From: Bigelowiella natans CCMP2755
Taxonomy: Eukaryota > Protista > Cercozoa
Assembly: GCA_000320545.1 (NCBI GenBank)
Contig: ADNK01002621.1
Coordinates: forward strand, 1-64,000
DNA: 64,000 bases
Reading direction: 5' to 3'
This document shows, in pieces, positions 1 to 13,464 of this stretch (position 1 is the first letter of the stretch; the number at the start of each line of letters is the position of its first letter). The position numbers were made by a program, and so were the translations under genes. Under the pieces are notes generated by a model that was not told the origin of the DNA, made no database searches, and saw nothing but the letters and a program-made list of their open reading frames with translations.

Positions 1-51
1 CTCTCTCTCTCTCTCACTCACTGCCACCCCGCGCGCAAGCGACACCCCCCC

Positions 52-54
<3 letters not shown>

Positions 55-118
<64 letters not shown>
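55..118. repeat. (TA)n microsatellite, intronic; representative of many (TA)n, (GA)n, (CA)n, (CAT)n, (TAC)n and (CAG)n tracts
   Basis: Directly visible. Similar tracts at e.g. 3050-3095, 3221-3278, 15043-15087, 33178-33265, 47066-47145 and 50625-50726. Confidence 0.95.
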
Positions 119-121
<3 letters not shown>

Positions 122-137
122 ATATGGTTGCAGTGAC

Positions 138-1354
138 GTTTCTTGCTGTCCTGCAAACGAGGCGTCAGGTAGATCTTCAGCGGTAGCCGATGAGCGGACA
201 GCTAGGGCAGCATTTTCATCCCCCCCCGTCACACTCTCCCAGCTCTCCAGCATAGCGCGTTCCAATTCCGGGGAGAAGGGGGTGGCAAGGATCTTATCTC
301 GGATGTACTTGCCCGTCTCTTGTAGCTTTCGTACGTCTGTGTACACCTCTGGGTTCTGGAGAAGAGTGTCGATCTCTTCCGCTAATCCACTTTGCGCCAG
401 GAACAATCGGTATCTATATAAGGAAGGAAGGAAGGAAAGAGAGAGAGGTGTAAAAGAGGGGATGTATGGTGGTGATGGTGATGGTGATGGTGATGGTGAT
501 AGTGATGGCTGTGGGAATACACCCCCCCCCTCCTCTCCCCCTTTCTCTATGTGTGCTGTCATCGTTTTCCTCCTCCTCCTCCTCCTGCTGCTGCTGCTGC
601 TGCTGCTGCTGTGTAAGATATTGTTTTTTTGAGTAGTACGCGTGTGCCGTGGTGCTGAAGCCTCCTGGGACTGGTACATCGGCTGATGCAAGCTCACTGA
701 TCATCTCGCCAAGACTTGCGCTCTTTCCCCCAACGTACTCTACATCATTGTTATTCAACTGCTCGAGGGGGATGCAGAAGGCTGTTGCCTTCGCTACTGA
801 AACGCCCTCCTGTGCAGCTGTTGATCGTGCTCGCCATGGTGCTGTCCGTTGGGGTTGGTTGATGGGATTGGGGAAGAATGGCTGCTGCTGCTGCTGCTGC
901 TGCTTCTGCTTGGAGTCTAACGATTGATAGAGACCGTTCGTAGGCGCTCCAAAAAACATCCTTCTTGTATTCTGATGGGGGAAGCTGCTGATACTACGTC
1001 CTCTGGTTGTTCCGGAAGTAGTAGCACTTCCTAGGAAGGAGGAATAGGTGACATATATGTGGCCGGTCGAGATGATGGTGATGATGATGATTATGCTGAT
1101 GAAGTTGTTGATGATGATTATGACTAAAAGCCGGGAGATGAAAAGCCCATGCAATGGCAACAGCATAGCAACGACCCATTTCCTGGTTGTGAGCAGTGCT
1201 TACATGTATTGTTATCATCGGTTTCACTCCACGGCAATACCATACCTAGTAGCTCTTGTGGGCCTGTGGGTTGAAGGAGTAACACAGCAATGCCGAATAG
1301 CGCCGCCACGAAAGGCACCAGATTCAAGCTGCTTCTTTGGTGACGTAATCGCAT
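138..1354 (-). CDS. ppsA: Phosphoenolpyruvate synthase (pyruvate,water dikinase), 5' part, with bipartite signal+transit leader; gene continues past the window start
   Basis: Exons ~1354-1246, 1030-640 and 413-138 splice in frame at GT-AG. They give [27 protein letters not shown]..., then [29 protein letters not shown] and [22 protein letters not shown], which are PpsA nucleotide-binding-domain motifs. Confidence 0.92.
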
Positions 1355-2238
1355 CTAAAATAATAAAAATCAATTAGGCATGCCTGCGTGTTTTCGTGAA
1401 CAAAGTAACACGTGATTTGAGTCCTGAAATCGAATTTGCGACTCGATACGAAGAGAAAACATGTGCATTGCAGAGGTATATTGTATACATCCATTCAAGA
1501 TCCTCAAAAGCAAATCTGTCCCGCACGATGAGCACGATGACAAACGAGCCGACACACACACGCGCAGCACACAGTAACACATGCAAAAATCCATACGGTA
1601 TTTTATCGATAACATTCCCCGCCCGGGAGAAAATGCTTCAACAGATCAATGTGAATCTCGTTTACAATGTACAATGTCCACAGAAAGAGAGCGCGATAAT
1701 ACCATGTGAGGAAAAGGAAGCGAACTGCGGATGCTGCTTTCGGATAATGAGGTCGGGCGTGCGCGCCAGAAAAGTCAGAGCGAACTTCCGGAGAGTATCT
1801 GCCGATTTTCACCGAAATCCCTTTCAACTGGGCGCTGCGACATCCAAAAACACGCGCAAATATCGGAGAAACCCGTACTCTCACACGATCTCTGGCGGAT
1901 AATTTTTCCGAACCAGCACAATGATTCTCGAGGTGGGATGGTGTGAAAAGCGCAGGAGGGTTCCACCTCTTAAAAGCAAAGAAGTTGCCGAATTTACATG
2001 GGAATTCGCCCAAAACCATCCGGAGACAGTGCTACCCCTTCTTTTACATCTCGGTCGAAACGCAGGGGATTTTGTTTGGATTTGCTCTGAAACGGCAGGA
2101 TGTGATGGTACTTGCGGAAGAAACCGCTTCTCTTGTATTGGACGGTGATTCATGATCGATTCAGGTGGGTGGCCGTGTGGTCTTGGTCGGCTCGAATTCC
2201 TGCCCAGCGCGATCATCTAAACAGCCACGCCCGCCAGC
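1355..2238. promoter_or_regulatory. Putative bidirectional promoter between PEP synthase and its regulator
   Basis: About 880 bp between divergent ATGs at 1354(-) and 2239(+). No microsatellites and no recognisable protein. Confidence 0.5.
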
Positions 2239-2719
2239 ATGGCGGCACAGCTCCCGATGCAACTGTGTGTGCGACAAGTTTGCTTCCTGGCCATGATTCT
2301 GGCCTTGAGCGGCCAACAGCTCTTCTCCGTAAAGAAGATCTCTACGAGCTTCCCAATTCGTAGTCGCTATGTTCCGAGTCGTCCCAGTCGATTACGCCAT
2401 TTCCCTTCGCTTATTGCCCAAAATCTCGTTCGGCGGCCGTATGGCCCAAGCTGCCAAGCCCTGAGGGAGAATCATGTCCTTTAAACCGTGAACCGTAGCG
2501 CACTTGCATCATTTTCATATCCATAATTCCTACACCTCTGGCATCATCATCATCATCCTGTATTCGTTGTGTGAAAATAGGAGGAGGAGGAGGAGGGCAC
2601 GAAGATCGTCAAGGTGGAGGACAGCGTTCCTGTCGAGCCTGCTAAGGAGAAGACATCGTACCTAAAGGTGGTATTAGAATAATACACTTAATGGCGAGGA
2701 AAGAAGAGAGGAAAGGCGT

Positions 2720-2752
<33 letters not shown>

Positions 2753-3058
2753 GTAGGTGGCGATGCTGATATAGAGTGATTTCGATATCTTGAATGAAAT
2801 TGAACATATCTTACCACATCTTGATGCTCCGCCTGCATCTTCACTGGTACAAAAGCAAGCTTAAGCATTATTAAATGGGGGGTGTGTACCTAGGGAGGGA
2901 GGGGATAGGGTACAGCAGGGTTTCCTCATCACGAATGGCGAACAATATACACGTGAAGGCACGATTGAGGGCGAAACTTTGTAGCCTGAAGGAGATCGTC
3001 GCCTTTCAGAAAGTCCCTGATGGCCTCGATGAGGTATTATGCACGCACGCACACACAC

Positions 3059-3098
<40 letters not shown>

Positions 3099-3219
3099 GT
3101 TGCATATATTGTATTTGTGAAATATCAAGCACCTGAATCCGGAGAGGCCATGTATACAAATACAAATACAAAGTGAAATCGTGTGTGGCAAATACGATGC
3201 AGAGAGAGAAGGAGAGGCA

Positions 3220-3284
<65 letters not shown>

Positions 3285-3923
3285 TGCTAAATACAACCTA
3301 CTAGGTAATAGATAAGATGCGGCTGCACAATGTACCCCAAGGGACTCGTATTTTCCAACAAGGAGAGGCTGGCGATCGGATGTAGTATTAAGTACCAGCG
3401 GACAGACAGAGAGACCACCACACCTAAGAATAGAATTCTTGTCAATAAGACGCTCGTGTAGCACCTAAAAAAGTCTTTCTCCCCCCCCACCCCCCCTCTA
3501 TGTGATGTGTGGTGTGTGTGTGTGTGTTTGTATGTGTGCAAATGTGCATTCTTTAATGACCGAAACTAAGGTACATCATCGAGTCGGGTGCTGTGGAGAT
3601 CATGAAGTCCGAAAACCCTGCTGGTGATAAGATAAATGAATAGATGATTGAAAATAACAGATTGGTAGTCACTACCTTCAACGTTATGATTGCCCAGTGA
3701 TAGCATAATTCTCACAATACATTACTCACTTCCCCAATGCATGCCAGACTGCAGCTTCGAATCATATTAATAAGCAAATGGTGATTCTGATTACTCCTCA
3801 TAATTTCTTCATGTGCAGCACCGGGAGAGAAGGAAGTGAGAGTTGGGTCGTATCAACCTGGTAGTTTCTAATCCATCATCCTTCGCTCATAATAATCAGC
3901 ATCATCACACGATGACTACTACG

Positions 3924-3955
<32 letters not shown>

Positions 3956-4364
3956 AACTACTGATGCTGGTGATGTGCAGGAGAATGTGTGGGTCATCTC
4001 TCCCTCCTAGATTCTCGACCCAGGGCTGCAAGTGCCGTGGTGACCAAGGTACCTGCTGCTCAGTGTGAATGATTCTCATCGTTGCTCGACTAGAAGAAGT
4101 TCTAAGAATTAAAGAGAGGATGAGGACATGTTGCGCCAATACATGCGGTTTCGGGAGAAGATCGCCGTTGTGCGGAAGAGTAACCTGAGTGCCCATGCAT
4201 GCGACTGTGTTTGCATTTTGATCAATAGAGATGTGTGAATGTACGTGAAAGGAATCTGTGCTATGGTCACTTGATCGAAAGACTTTGCAAGACTTTATGG
4301 CGGGAGGCGTTGATATGGTATTCACTTGTCGCTCATCATGATTATGCGACTAGTACATAATAAC

Positions 4365-4402
<38 letters not shown>

Positions 4403-4443
4403 TACCGACACCCACTCCTTTCACTATCAATATCACCACCACC

Positions 4444-4477
<34 letters not shown>

Positions 4478-4609
4478 CCATCTCCCAGACGTATGAGGAG
4501 AGCGAGGACGACATCTGTGTGCTGCCACGAGAGGTGTTTGTCATCTCAGACTCAACGGGAGAAAGTGCTGTCAGCGCGGTCTTTAGATAGACAATAGATA
4601 CAGCGAGAA

Positions 4610-4650
<41 letters not shown>

Positions 4651-6025
4651 GAATGAGTATCATCATCGAGACAACGTTGTGCGTGCGTGCACTCATATGG
4701 GAGCCATGATTGTGCAGTTGTAAACTGAAGGGCCGTCGCAAGTGTAAGTAGTTTTGATGTTGTCTTTCTGGGCGTCCTCTCCCTTCTTCAAGGTACGAAA
4801 GTGTATCATGCAATTCACCCACTGCGACGCCTGGGAGATGTGCAATATCGTCACCTACCGCTTTGTGAACTCGAAGCAGCAAATAAAGCACGTAGCAGAG
4901 CAGGTAACACACCAAGAAGGCCACTAAAGAAAGGAGAGGGAAAACGATAAACTAAAGACTATCCATCTGGATGCAGGCCGATCGAAGGGACGCCATCATT
5001 GTGTACACCATCGTGGATGCTGCCAACAAACAGGTTTGATGTGGGGAGGAGGAGGAGGAGGAATAGTCTGCAATTTTTAACTTGTTCGTTGTTTAAAAAT
5101 ACATAATAATGATAGTTATTAAAATAGCAATACAAAACAATCAAAACAAACATAATTTTAACAACAATAGGGATATGATAGTGATAAATAATAATAATAA
5201 AAACAACGATGCTGTTGGTTAGTTTCTTGAGGAGGAGGCATCGAAGCGCAACGTATCTCTCGTGGACTTGTAATACCGGCCATTCATCGATTCTACGACA
5301 ATAATAAAAGAGGAGGAGGAGGAGGAGACTATCGCACCACCACCCCCACCCTTTTCGCTTCCTCCATCGTTTTTCCTTTCACACAATCACGAATGAATAA
5401 AGCAGCAGATGATGAGATGGGCAAGGGATGAGGATGTGACCCCCCCATTTCAATGCAGTTGATCCTTCAAGGAATTTGCTAATCATTGATTGATGTCGCT
5501 GCAAGCTAAGATACTCGTATATCACATCATGAAAGATACGGGCCTCTCATATCGACGTTCGAAACGGCTTTTGGAACCAAAATAACTGGAAAGCCTGGTA
5601 GTTTGTTATTGCTAGTGTTGCCTTCATTCATTCGTAGCTCTTGCCATGCGTAGTAACCACCTTTCTTCTGACCAGTCTTAACAACTGCTGAGCCTCTGTT
5701 TGTTTTATCATGTGTTGTGATCTTTGTTTAGGAAGGAAACAGCCTGTAGATGAGAGCTACATGGACCTCATGGATTGCATTGAGTATATAGTGCTAGAAT
5801 TGTCGCTGATGCTGCTGTTGTTATTGTTGTCACATCCTGAGATTTTCCATAATTGCTTTCGGCCTAAGGTACACAAGGCGTATGGATGATGGCATTAACC
5901 CTCGTGAATGGGACGAAGCTGATCTAATCATTGTGGGGCCAAGCCGAGCAGGTGGCGGTGGAGGAGATGTTGACTGTATAAAATGACATCAGCTTTCTAC
6001 AGCTCATATACGCACAGCCAGACGC

Positions 6026-6069
<44 letters not shown>

Positions 6070-6393
6070 TACCCCCGATTATCCAATTTCTTTCTGTTTG
6101 TGATCCTTTCCATTAATGATCAGGAAAAACTCCACTGAGCTTCTACCTAGGGCTGCGCGGCTTTAAAGTCGCAAACTATCCCATCGTATGTTTTTCACCC
6201 ATTGATCAACACTTTACACCACCATCTCATCCTGATGTTGTCGTTGTCATCATCATTCTCAGGTTATAGGAGAAGATCCCCCCCCTGAACTGTTTGAGTG
6301 GCCTGAGAAGGTCTTCATCGCATAAAGTGGTGGTGATTAGAAGAGGAGGGAAGAAATAGATAGAGAAAGAATTAAAGGGAGAGGGGGGGGAGA

Positions 6394-6435
<42 letters not shown>

Positions 6436-6875
6436 CATTGTCTTATTTTGCTTGATCGCTACTTCCTCAGGTGATAGCTCTGACGATTCAGCCTGAGAGG
6501 TTGTCCTTCATCCGCCAACAACGAATGAGGCAGTTCGGACGGTAAGCTGTATTGCGATCGATCACCTTGTAATTCCGCGTCACTTTTTTCAATTTGTATC
6601 CCTGCCCCCCTCTGATGCTTAGCTCCAAATTCTTATATATTCTCAAAAATGCTGCATCATCGCCGTGTAGGTCCGAATCAACATACTCGAACATCAATGA
6701 AGTGAGGCAGGAGATGAACGAGATTGAGCGTTTCTACAAGCGTAACCCACGGTGGTTCGTCATCGACACCACCAACTCTGGGCTTGAAGAGACCGCCGGA
6801 GAAATATTTCGCCATATAGATATGCAATCTGGAAGGGACAACATTATGCCTGCTCAGATGCGGGGATTCATTTAG
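2239..6875 (+). CDS. ppsR: PEP synthase/PPDK regulatory kinase-pyrophosphorylase (DUF299; PSRP/PDRP) with N-terminal cNMP-binding domain and bipartite leader
   Basis: Many short exons. Leader MAAQLPMQLCVRQVCFLAMILALS.... cNMP domain IFQQGEAGDRMYIIESGAVEI..GECVGHLSLLDSRPRAASAVV..LWSLDRKT (3305-4317). DUF299 motifs VFVISDSTGESA (~4530), [33 protein letters not shown] (5870-6160), KVANYP, IALTIQPERLSFIRQQR and VIDTTNSGLEETA. Stop at 6875. Confidence 0.9.
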
Positions 6876-7549
6876 TGCGAGTGTGAACGTGCATCGGTCA
6901 ATTAATAAATAATAGCGTTCATTACATCATTTGAGCGTGCTATACAGACTAAGTTGTTTGTGCTGTGCTGTCTACAACTACAACTGACTGTGTGGCCGTA
7001 AGCACTATCATTAGCAGCCAAACTACCTCGTGGCCCGATTCGCATTGTTAGGCCAAGCTAGCAAGGCAATACGATTATAACCAATTGACGCAGCGTACGC
7101 TATGTAATAGTCAATGCGGCCATGTCTAATGCACTAAGACAGATGTAATCAATTATTAAATTGTAAATTAAATTTGCTCAACATATAGTCTAATGCACTA
7201 AGGAAATTTGAATTCACCGTATCGTAAGCATGATCTTGCTAGATCTACAGCATCAATGCAGAAAGCCATGCCATGAGTCTAGATGTCGTTATTTATCAAC
7301 GCAATAACATGCGTCATTCATTGAGCGCATCGAGTAGTATTAGAGTAGTCTAGTAGTGCGCTGCGGCATGCTAGCATGCATGGCTGTTCTCCGGCATTCC
7401 TCGCATAATGTAGGATTTCATCTATGTAATCATTCTGTGTTTGTCCCACGGCTGCGGTATTTTTTATGATGGACCGTGATTACATGTATATTTGGATCAT
7501 CGTCATCATTATCATTCATCGGATGTTACTGGTATTGCTCATCACCCAT

Positions 7550-9458
7550 CTACCGTGTGCCAGCGAATGGCTGCCATTGGAAACCACCGTCTACAACACC
7601 TGGCATCTGTTTGGGTAGGAACGCATTGGCGTTGGCCTGAATTTCGCGCGGATGGTGCGCAAATGAGCACTGCTCTCCCCGTACACATTTTCCCTGCTGG
7701 AAGTAGATGCACATCTTGCGCTTGTAAGGGACGCCGGTGGGGCGATAGGGCTGATTTCTTGTGTGACCGAGAACGTCAAGTGCCACTCGGATGGGTCGGT
7801 AGTACAAGAGAGTGCCGTCGAGCTTCACAGCTGCTTGCGCACCTATTAGAAGGAGGCAATATGTCAAGACATGAGCTAAAAAGAGTTGAAAAATTGAGTA
7901 TTATCACGTCGGCACGCTGTCAATTTCTGTACACGACCAAGAAACGCACAGGCTGATCATTGAAAAATAATATCATCTAGTACCTTCTTCCGAGTCAAAC
8001 TCCATGAAGCAGATGCCCCTATGTGGCGCCTGCTGCTGCTGCATCATCGCGCCAGGCATCGGCCGCTTCCGCATGTTGTTTTTGGGCATGTTGGCGTCGA
8101 CAATCCGCCCGCACTGCTTAAATACAGTCCTAACATCCGAGAGCTTCGCTTCGAAAGGGATATTACTAAATGATAGCCAAAAATCAAGTATCAGCTGGGA
8201 AATTTGTTCTTCTATTACGACAACGACGACGATTACTACCACTACCACTACTGCTACCACCTTATAAAGACGTGTCGTTTGGTGGTTTGTGGCTGTTGGG
8301 GTGGGACAGGAATGCCCCCATATTGACCACTTGCTACAGCGGCTTGATGTGCGGCCGCAGCACGCGCAGCTGCTGCATTTATAGCAGCCATTCGTGCAGC
8401 ATTGGCGGCTTCTGATTATTTTTCAAAAGTGAGAGCCATCAGATGACAGGTATGAGACAGACACTAATTTATCTGTACACACACTCACACTCACACCCAC
8501 ACAATAATGTGTTTAAATATGTATGTGCGTGCTAAATAATGCCTTCTTCAAAACCAATATGATGAGACAGAACAGAATCATATACAACGCGAGGATCAAG
8601 TCTAACCCATTGCCGCTTTCTTTGCGTTTGCAGCCTGCAGTTCTTTTTCTTTCCGTTCTCTTTCCGCGGCCTCACGTTTCGCCTTTTCTTCAGCTTCTTT
8701 CCTTGCCTTCTCGGCATCTCGCTCGGCCTTCTTCATGACCTGCGATTTCTCCTCCCCCTCTATCCATCCTACCTCAAGCGCAGCTAAGCTCTTGCCCCCT
8801 ACCAGCCTACGGATCTTGTGGAGGCTCTTGTCGTCATCAACAGTAGTTGGGGCAGCAGTGACGGCGTTCCCATCAGCTTTCGTGTCCCCTTCTCCCCCCT
8901 CCTCTTTGCTGCTGCTACGGCTACTCCCATCAGCTTTTGTGTCCCCTCCTCCCTCCTTTGCAGAGGCTTCCGCCGCAACCTTTCAAAATTCAGAGTAGGG
9001 ATAATCAATCGATGTAACTAACGGAAAAGATTCGAGTACAGGATGAAATCCAATTTTGTGAGATTGTAGCCCTCACAAACAAATTACTACTTTGCCATCG
9101 CCATCGGTACTACTGGAGGCGGAGACGGGATCCTTGTGCTTCTTCTTATGCGTGTCCGCAAAGCAAACAACACAAAAGTAGAGCTTGCAGTCCTTGCAGA
9201 AAAGATCTGCATCCCGCTCACCATTACAATTTCTGCATATCATCTCGCCAAAGTCTCCACCCTACGAGTATTTGTGCAGAGATAAGAAAATATGCGCAGT
9301 CGTCTATTATCTTCAATTTATACCTCTCCATCCATGTTATTGCCTTGTCCACCCTCCTCTCCAGGATCCTGGGAGTCAGAATCTTCGTCCGAGTCGCTGA
9401 CTTCCCATTTTTTCTTAACCACGGCGGTTTTCTGCCGCTTTCTCATAAAGAAAGACAT
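7550..9458 (-). CDS. RNA-binding protein: B-box-like Zn finger + coiled region + RRM + CCCH zinc finger
   Basis: CRNC..FCKDCKLYFCVVCFADTH (~9150-9240). RRM VFISNIPFEA...RGICFMEFDSEEGAQAAVKLDG. CCCH finger YKRKMCIYFQQGKCVRGEQCSFAH. Stop at 7550. Confidence 0.8.
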
Positions 9459-10329
9459 CGCGCGCTGTCTGCGTTAAACGAGTGTTAGTAAACCAATCCT
9501 CCTCGGGTTCTCCATTTCTGCAGAAATGTTCGAAGGCTTGAACCAAACCTTCGAAATTGTTGATTTTTTCCTACATATGAGCTAGTTTAAGGAATCGTAG
9601 AGCAGAAGCGCGCCTCGGAATTTGATGCTCTACCGACTCGGTTTTTGGGAAAAATCGACTCTGTACACGTCGTGGGCGACAGAATGGCGCTGGAAAGTTG
9701 TCGAAATTCTCACCATTTCGTGAGTTCATATATACATGAGCATATTATCGGTATCAAATGTACTATTGATCCAGTAACAACACTAAAGGTGGGACGAAAA
9801 GGGGGGGGACGGAAAGCACACTCTTTCTCGTGAGTACCTTTTGGGGAATTATGTGTCTGTTCTTTCTCCTATCTCGCTATATTTGGATACTACGACAAAG
9901 TATTTATTTTGATTTATTACAAAAATCGGGGCTTTATCTATGAAACCCTATGCCTCCGTACTGAATAATTGATTCTGATTTAGGGATCCCGAAGAAATAA
10001 GTTAGGGCTTTAGCTGGTAATTCAGACATATCTTTTCTCCAAAATCTCTTGAAACCCCGTGGATATTTTTCGATTATTCGTGAATTTGATACGTTTCATA
10101 GCTAAAATAAAGCATATTTATCTCATCGCTTACAGCTAAAAATCTGCGGCTATGAGCGAGGCTCACATCAAACTCAATCCTCGTCAATGGATAAATTGAA
10201 CACTAATTTAGTATACGACATATTATATTGGTATTATATGATCATAAATGCCCTATCAATGTTCTCAAAATAGTGTCTGACTTGAGTCTGAATTGGTGAG
10301 GAGGAGTCAATGACGTCGAGGTGCTCTCA

Positions 10330-11168
10330 ATGGATGCATCGTCTTCTTCCGTGATGTTATTCGTGGCGATTGTCTTGCTTCCTTGGGTGTGTGACCTAAC
10401 GTATGCCACACACTGTCAGAGTTGTATTCGGAACGGGCGCGGTCTTCGTGATGCTCTATGGAGTGGTGTTTGCGCTGTCGAAATCCAGCAAGAATGCCAA
10501 GAACGTTCTTCACAAGTTCAACATGTGGATCCACGGGGTAGTTGCATGCAAAGGGGCGCGCTGTGGTGCCTTAACATCAAAATTTTATGGGATTGTTTTT
10601 AGCGCGCCTTTTGTTTTTTTCAAATTACACGGCTTCCGTGGTCGCAGTAAATCGATAAGAAATTGGATGGATGATCCAATGTCCCTTTGTGGTTGTTATT
10701 AGGTCGTACATCTGATCTTCACGCAAGAGACCCGCTGGAAACCGGAGAAACTTGATGATCCAGGTGAACCGTCCACACACAAGTACCTGCCAGCCATGGA
10801 GGACATGTACCTTCTCCGGCTCGCCCTCTGTTTTGGATTGTAATCGGAAGATACATAAGTGCACATCGATGCAAAATACATTTTAATGATATACAACTTT
10901 AATATATGTTGAATCAGCGACTCTGCTGGAGGCGAAGGAGTCAGGGCAGGAAGTGGTGAAGAAAACCATCATCTTCATTCGTCATGGAGAATCGCAGTGG
11001 AACTGGGTACTAATAATCAAGAATCATAACCATGTAGAATGCTAGCCGATGACCAACCTGTGCGTTTTTTTGTGCATATGTCCCCTTATCCCCTTTTCCC
11101 TTCCCGATATTATATCTATATCTACATATATTATTGAATTTCAATAATTAATGTAAATACACACACAC

Positions 11169-11206
<38 letters not shown>

Positions 11207-11934
11207 AATATGTATTAATATATATTATGTAACGAGGATTGCGATCGATAGGTATTCAACGACGGAAAGAGTCCGCTTCGGTTCCTGAAACCTAGCTTTT
11301 TCATCAATCTTGCGACAGCTATGTTCTACGAGACTCTGTACGTGTCATATATGCTTCATGCTACCCGTCAAAAGAACGGCAAGATGAGATATTCTGCGAG
11401 AGGACAAACTAATCAATCGTTATCCACACTTGCACCGCAACCATTATCACTATCGTTATTATGATGATCACAATCGCTGTTGCCTACGTTCACCATGTTA
11501 TATGAATGAAAAATCTAGTTATGAAGACAGTCGTGTGCTGTTGGTGGTGGTGCTACTACCATCATGTAGGGATGCTGTTACCGGTGATTCGGTCTTTTTG
11601 GACTCTCCACTCAGCCAGGAAGGGGTGAACAACACTTGGAATATATAAAGATCTACACTCGTGCGAAAATGAATGTTTACTGCTGCTACGATTGATAGGT
11701 CGAGCAGGCACGGTCCCTGTCGGAGTTCTTGGAGCAAAAGGAACCCCATGAAGATAAAGAGGTCATCAGTCAGTCAGTCAGTCAGTCAGTCAGCGTGTTG
11801 TTGTTTTCTTTTGGTGTAAGCACGGACAGAGACCAAGACACCTGAGTATTCAGGGAAAGCACGTCAAATACACATCATGTAAACGATGATGATGATGATA
11901 CATATCGCACAGGATGATAGCAGAAGGAATGGTG

Positions 11935-11968
<34 letters not shown>

Positions 11969-12844
11969 CTAGATTGAGAAGATGCGACAAATCCTTCTCG
12001 GTAATGAGACGGAATCAATTGTGTGCAGCTCGAATCTTAGGTATGTGTACGTGTGTTTGTGTGTGTACATTGTGTTGTTGTTGTTGTTGTTGTTGTAGCG
12101 TGCTCTCAACAGGGCTCTGTCGCCATGATTTTATTGCATCGTTATTAATGTCATTCTGGGTTGGAAAATCCTCTCTCAACCCTCTTCATTTGAGCAGCGA
12201 CAAGATGTATTCTTCATGGATACTACCATACGTTTGAAATTCCAACCGATGTTTTTTTGTGATTTGAATCACTTCTAGACGTGCGCTGGTGACTACGGCG
12301 ATCGGTTTATGGCCGAGACTTAAAAAGAAGCAGGAGAAGATGCACATTCTCTCATCGCTGCAGGAAAGCAGTCGCAACGTCGATACGATGTCTCTCAGCC
12401 TGCCAGATTCCTACCCTCCCCTCCCCGTCGCCCAGGTAGCACTAGTATATCAGCTCATTGCGTAGTTTGGACGTATCATCATCATCACCTTTTCATCGTT
12501 TCCGGGTGTTGTTGTTACTAATTTGTTGGAAGTCTCCCACAGTACGATATGATGCATATTTCTCACTCATATGAGTGTGACCGATATTGTCCCCTCCCCC
12601 TCCCTTCCTCCCTTTGGTTCCGTTTCTATCCTTCCAGGATTCGCTCGAGGGCTTCGATCCCGAAAAACTGTTCATCACAGCGGAAAACAAGGGAAACAAG
12701 TCTATCTGTGAGAAGGGCTCGGTCAGGATGTTTGAATTTGCAGAGTGGTACGACTACTGCGTATGTAGGAGCGTCTGAGCGTGTGTGTGTTACTAATGGT
12801 TCAATGGTCATTGGCATCATCGTTCCCTTGCGTGTGTGTATTTG

Positions 12845-12879
<35 letters not shown>

Positions 12880-13464
12880 CAGTATCCTGCAATTTCGCAT
12901 CTAAGCCTTGGCTCCTTTATGACATTTAACTCTACCTTTCCCTTTCTTTTAGGGTGTTTGCCAGCAACAGCGCTGATGTCATCATCGCAGGGGGACACTC
13001 TCTGTACTTTCGAAACTTCTTCCGCAGCTTCCTTCCTCACAGCTCTTGTAAGAAGCAACTGTTGTCATGTGAGCATGAATCATCGCCTGCACCAATGTTT
13101 CTCTCTCCGAATACCGAACCACGAATGACTACTTCCCCCCCCCCCCCTCCCCCTCTTAACCAGCCCACGCAGCGAAGAAGCATAAAATCAAGAACGGCGG
13201 CGCAGTTTCCTTCACTTTCTACAAGTAATGACGATGAGATGATGATGGTGACGATGACGATTATGATGATGATGTCGAGTGATCATGGGGGAGGTGAAAA
13301 TCTAATGCCATGGTGTTATTGCTATGGACGTCCACGTTCCATTCTGCTGCTGGTGGTGGTGCTGGTGCGTGCCACTCATTATTAGGAGCAAGCTTGGTGA
13401 TAAGGAGCTCTACATGGTCGAGGAGAAATCCATCCGGCAAATCCATCTTGGCTTCAATATCTAG
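10330..13464 (+). CDS. Histidine phosphatase (phosphoglycerate-mutase-like) with N-terminal hydrophobic segment
   Basis: Exons give IIFIRHGESQWN (~10970-11005), DSPLSQEG, CSSNLRRALVT, SSLQESSRNVD and IIAGGHSLYFR. Stop at ~13464. Start is uncertain. Confidence 0.8.

Noticed and set aside
1396-1902. 168-aa ORF (and the antisense 138-aa ORF) in the ppsA/ppsR spacer
   Set aside because: Non-ATG start and no recognisable motif; most likely promoter or UTR sequence.
2861-3285. ORFs made of CVCV/HTHT/LSLS/YIYI runs, here and throughout the window
   Set aside because: They are translations of intronic microsatellites.
7124-7202. 15-bp direct repeat gtctaatgcactaag
   Set aside because: Only two copies with no element structure between them; not a CRISPR or a convincing target-site duplication.
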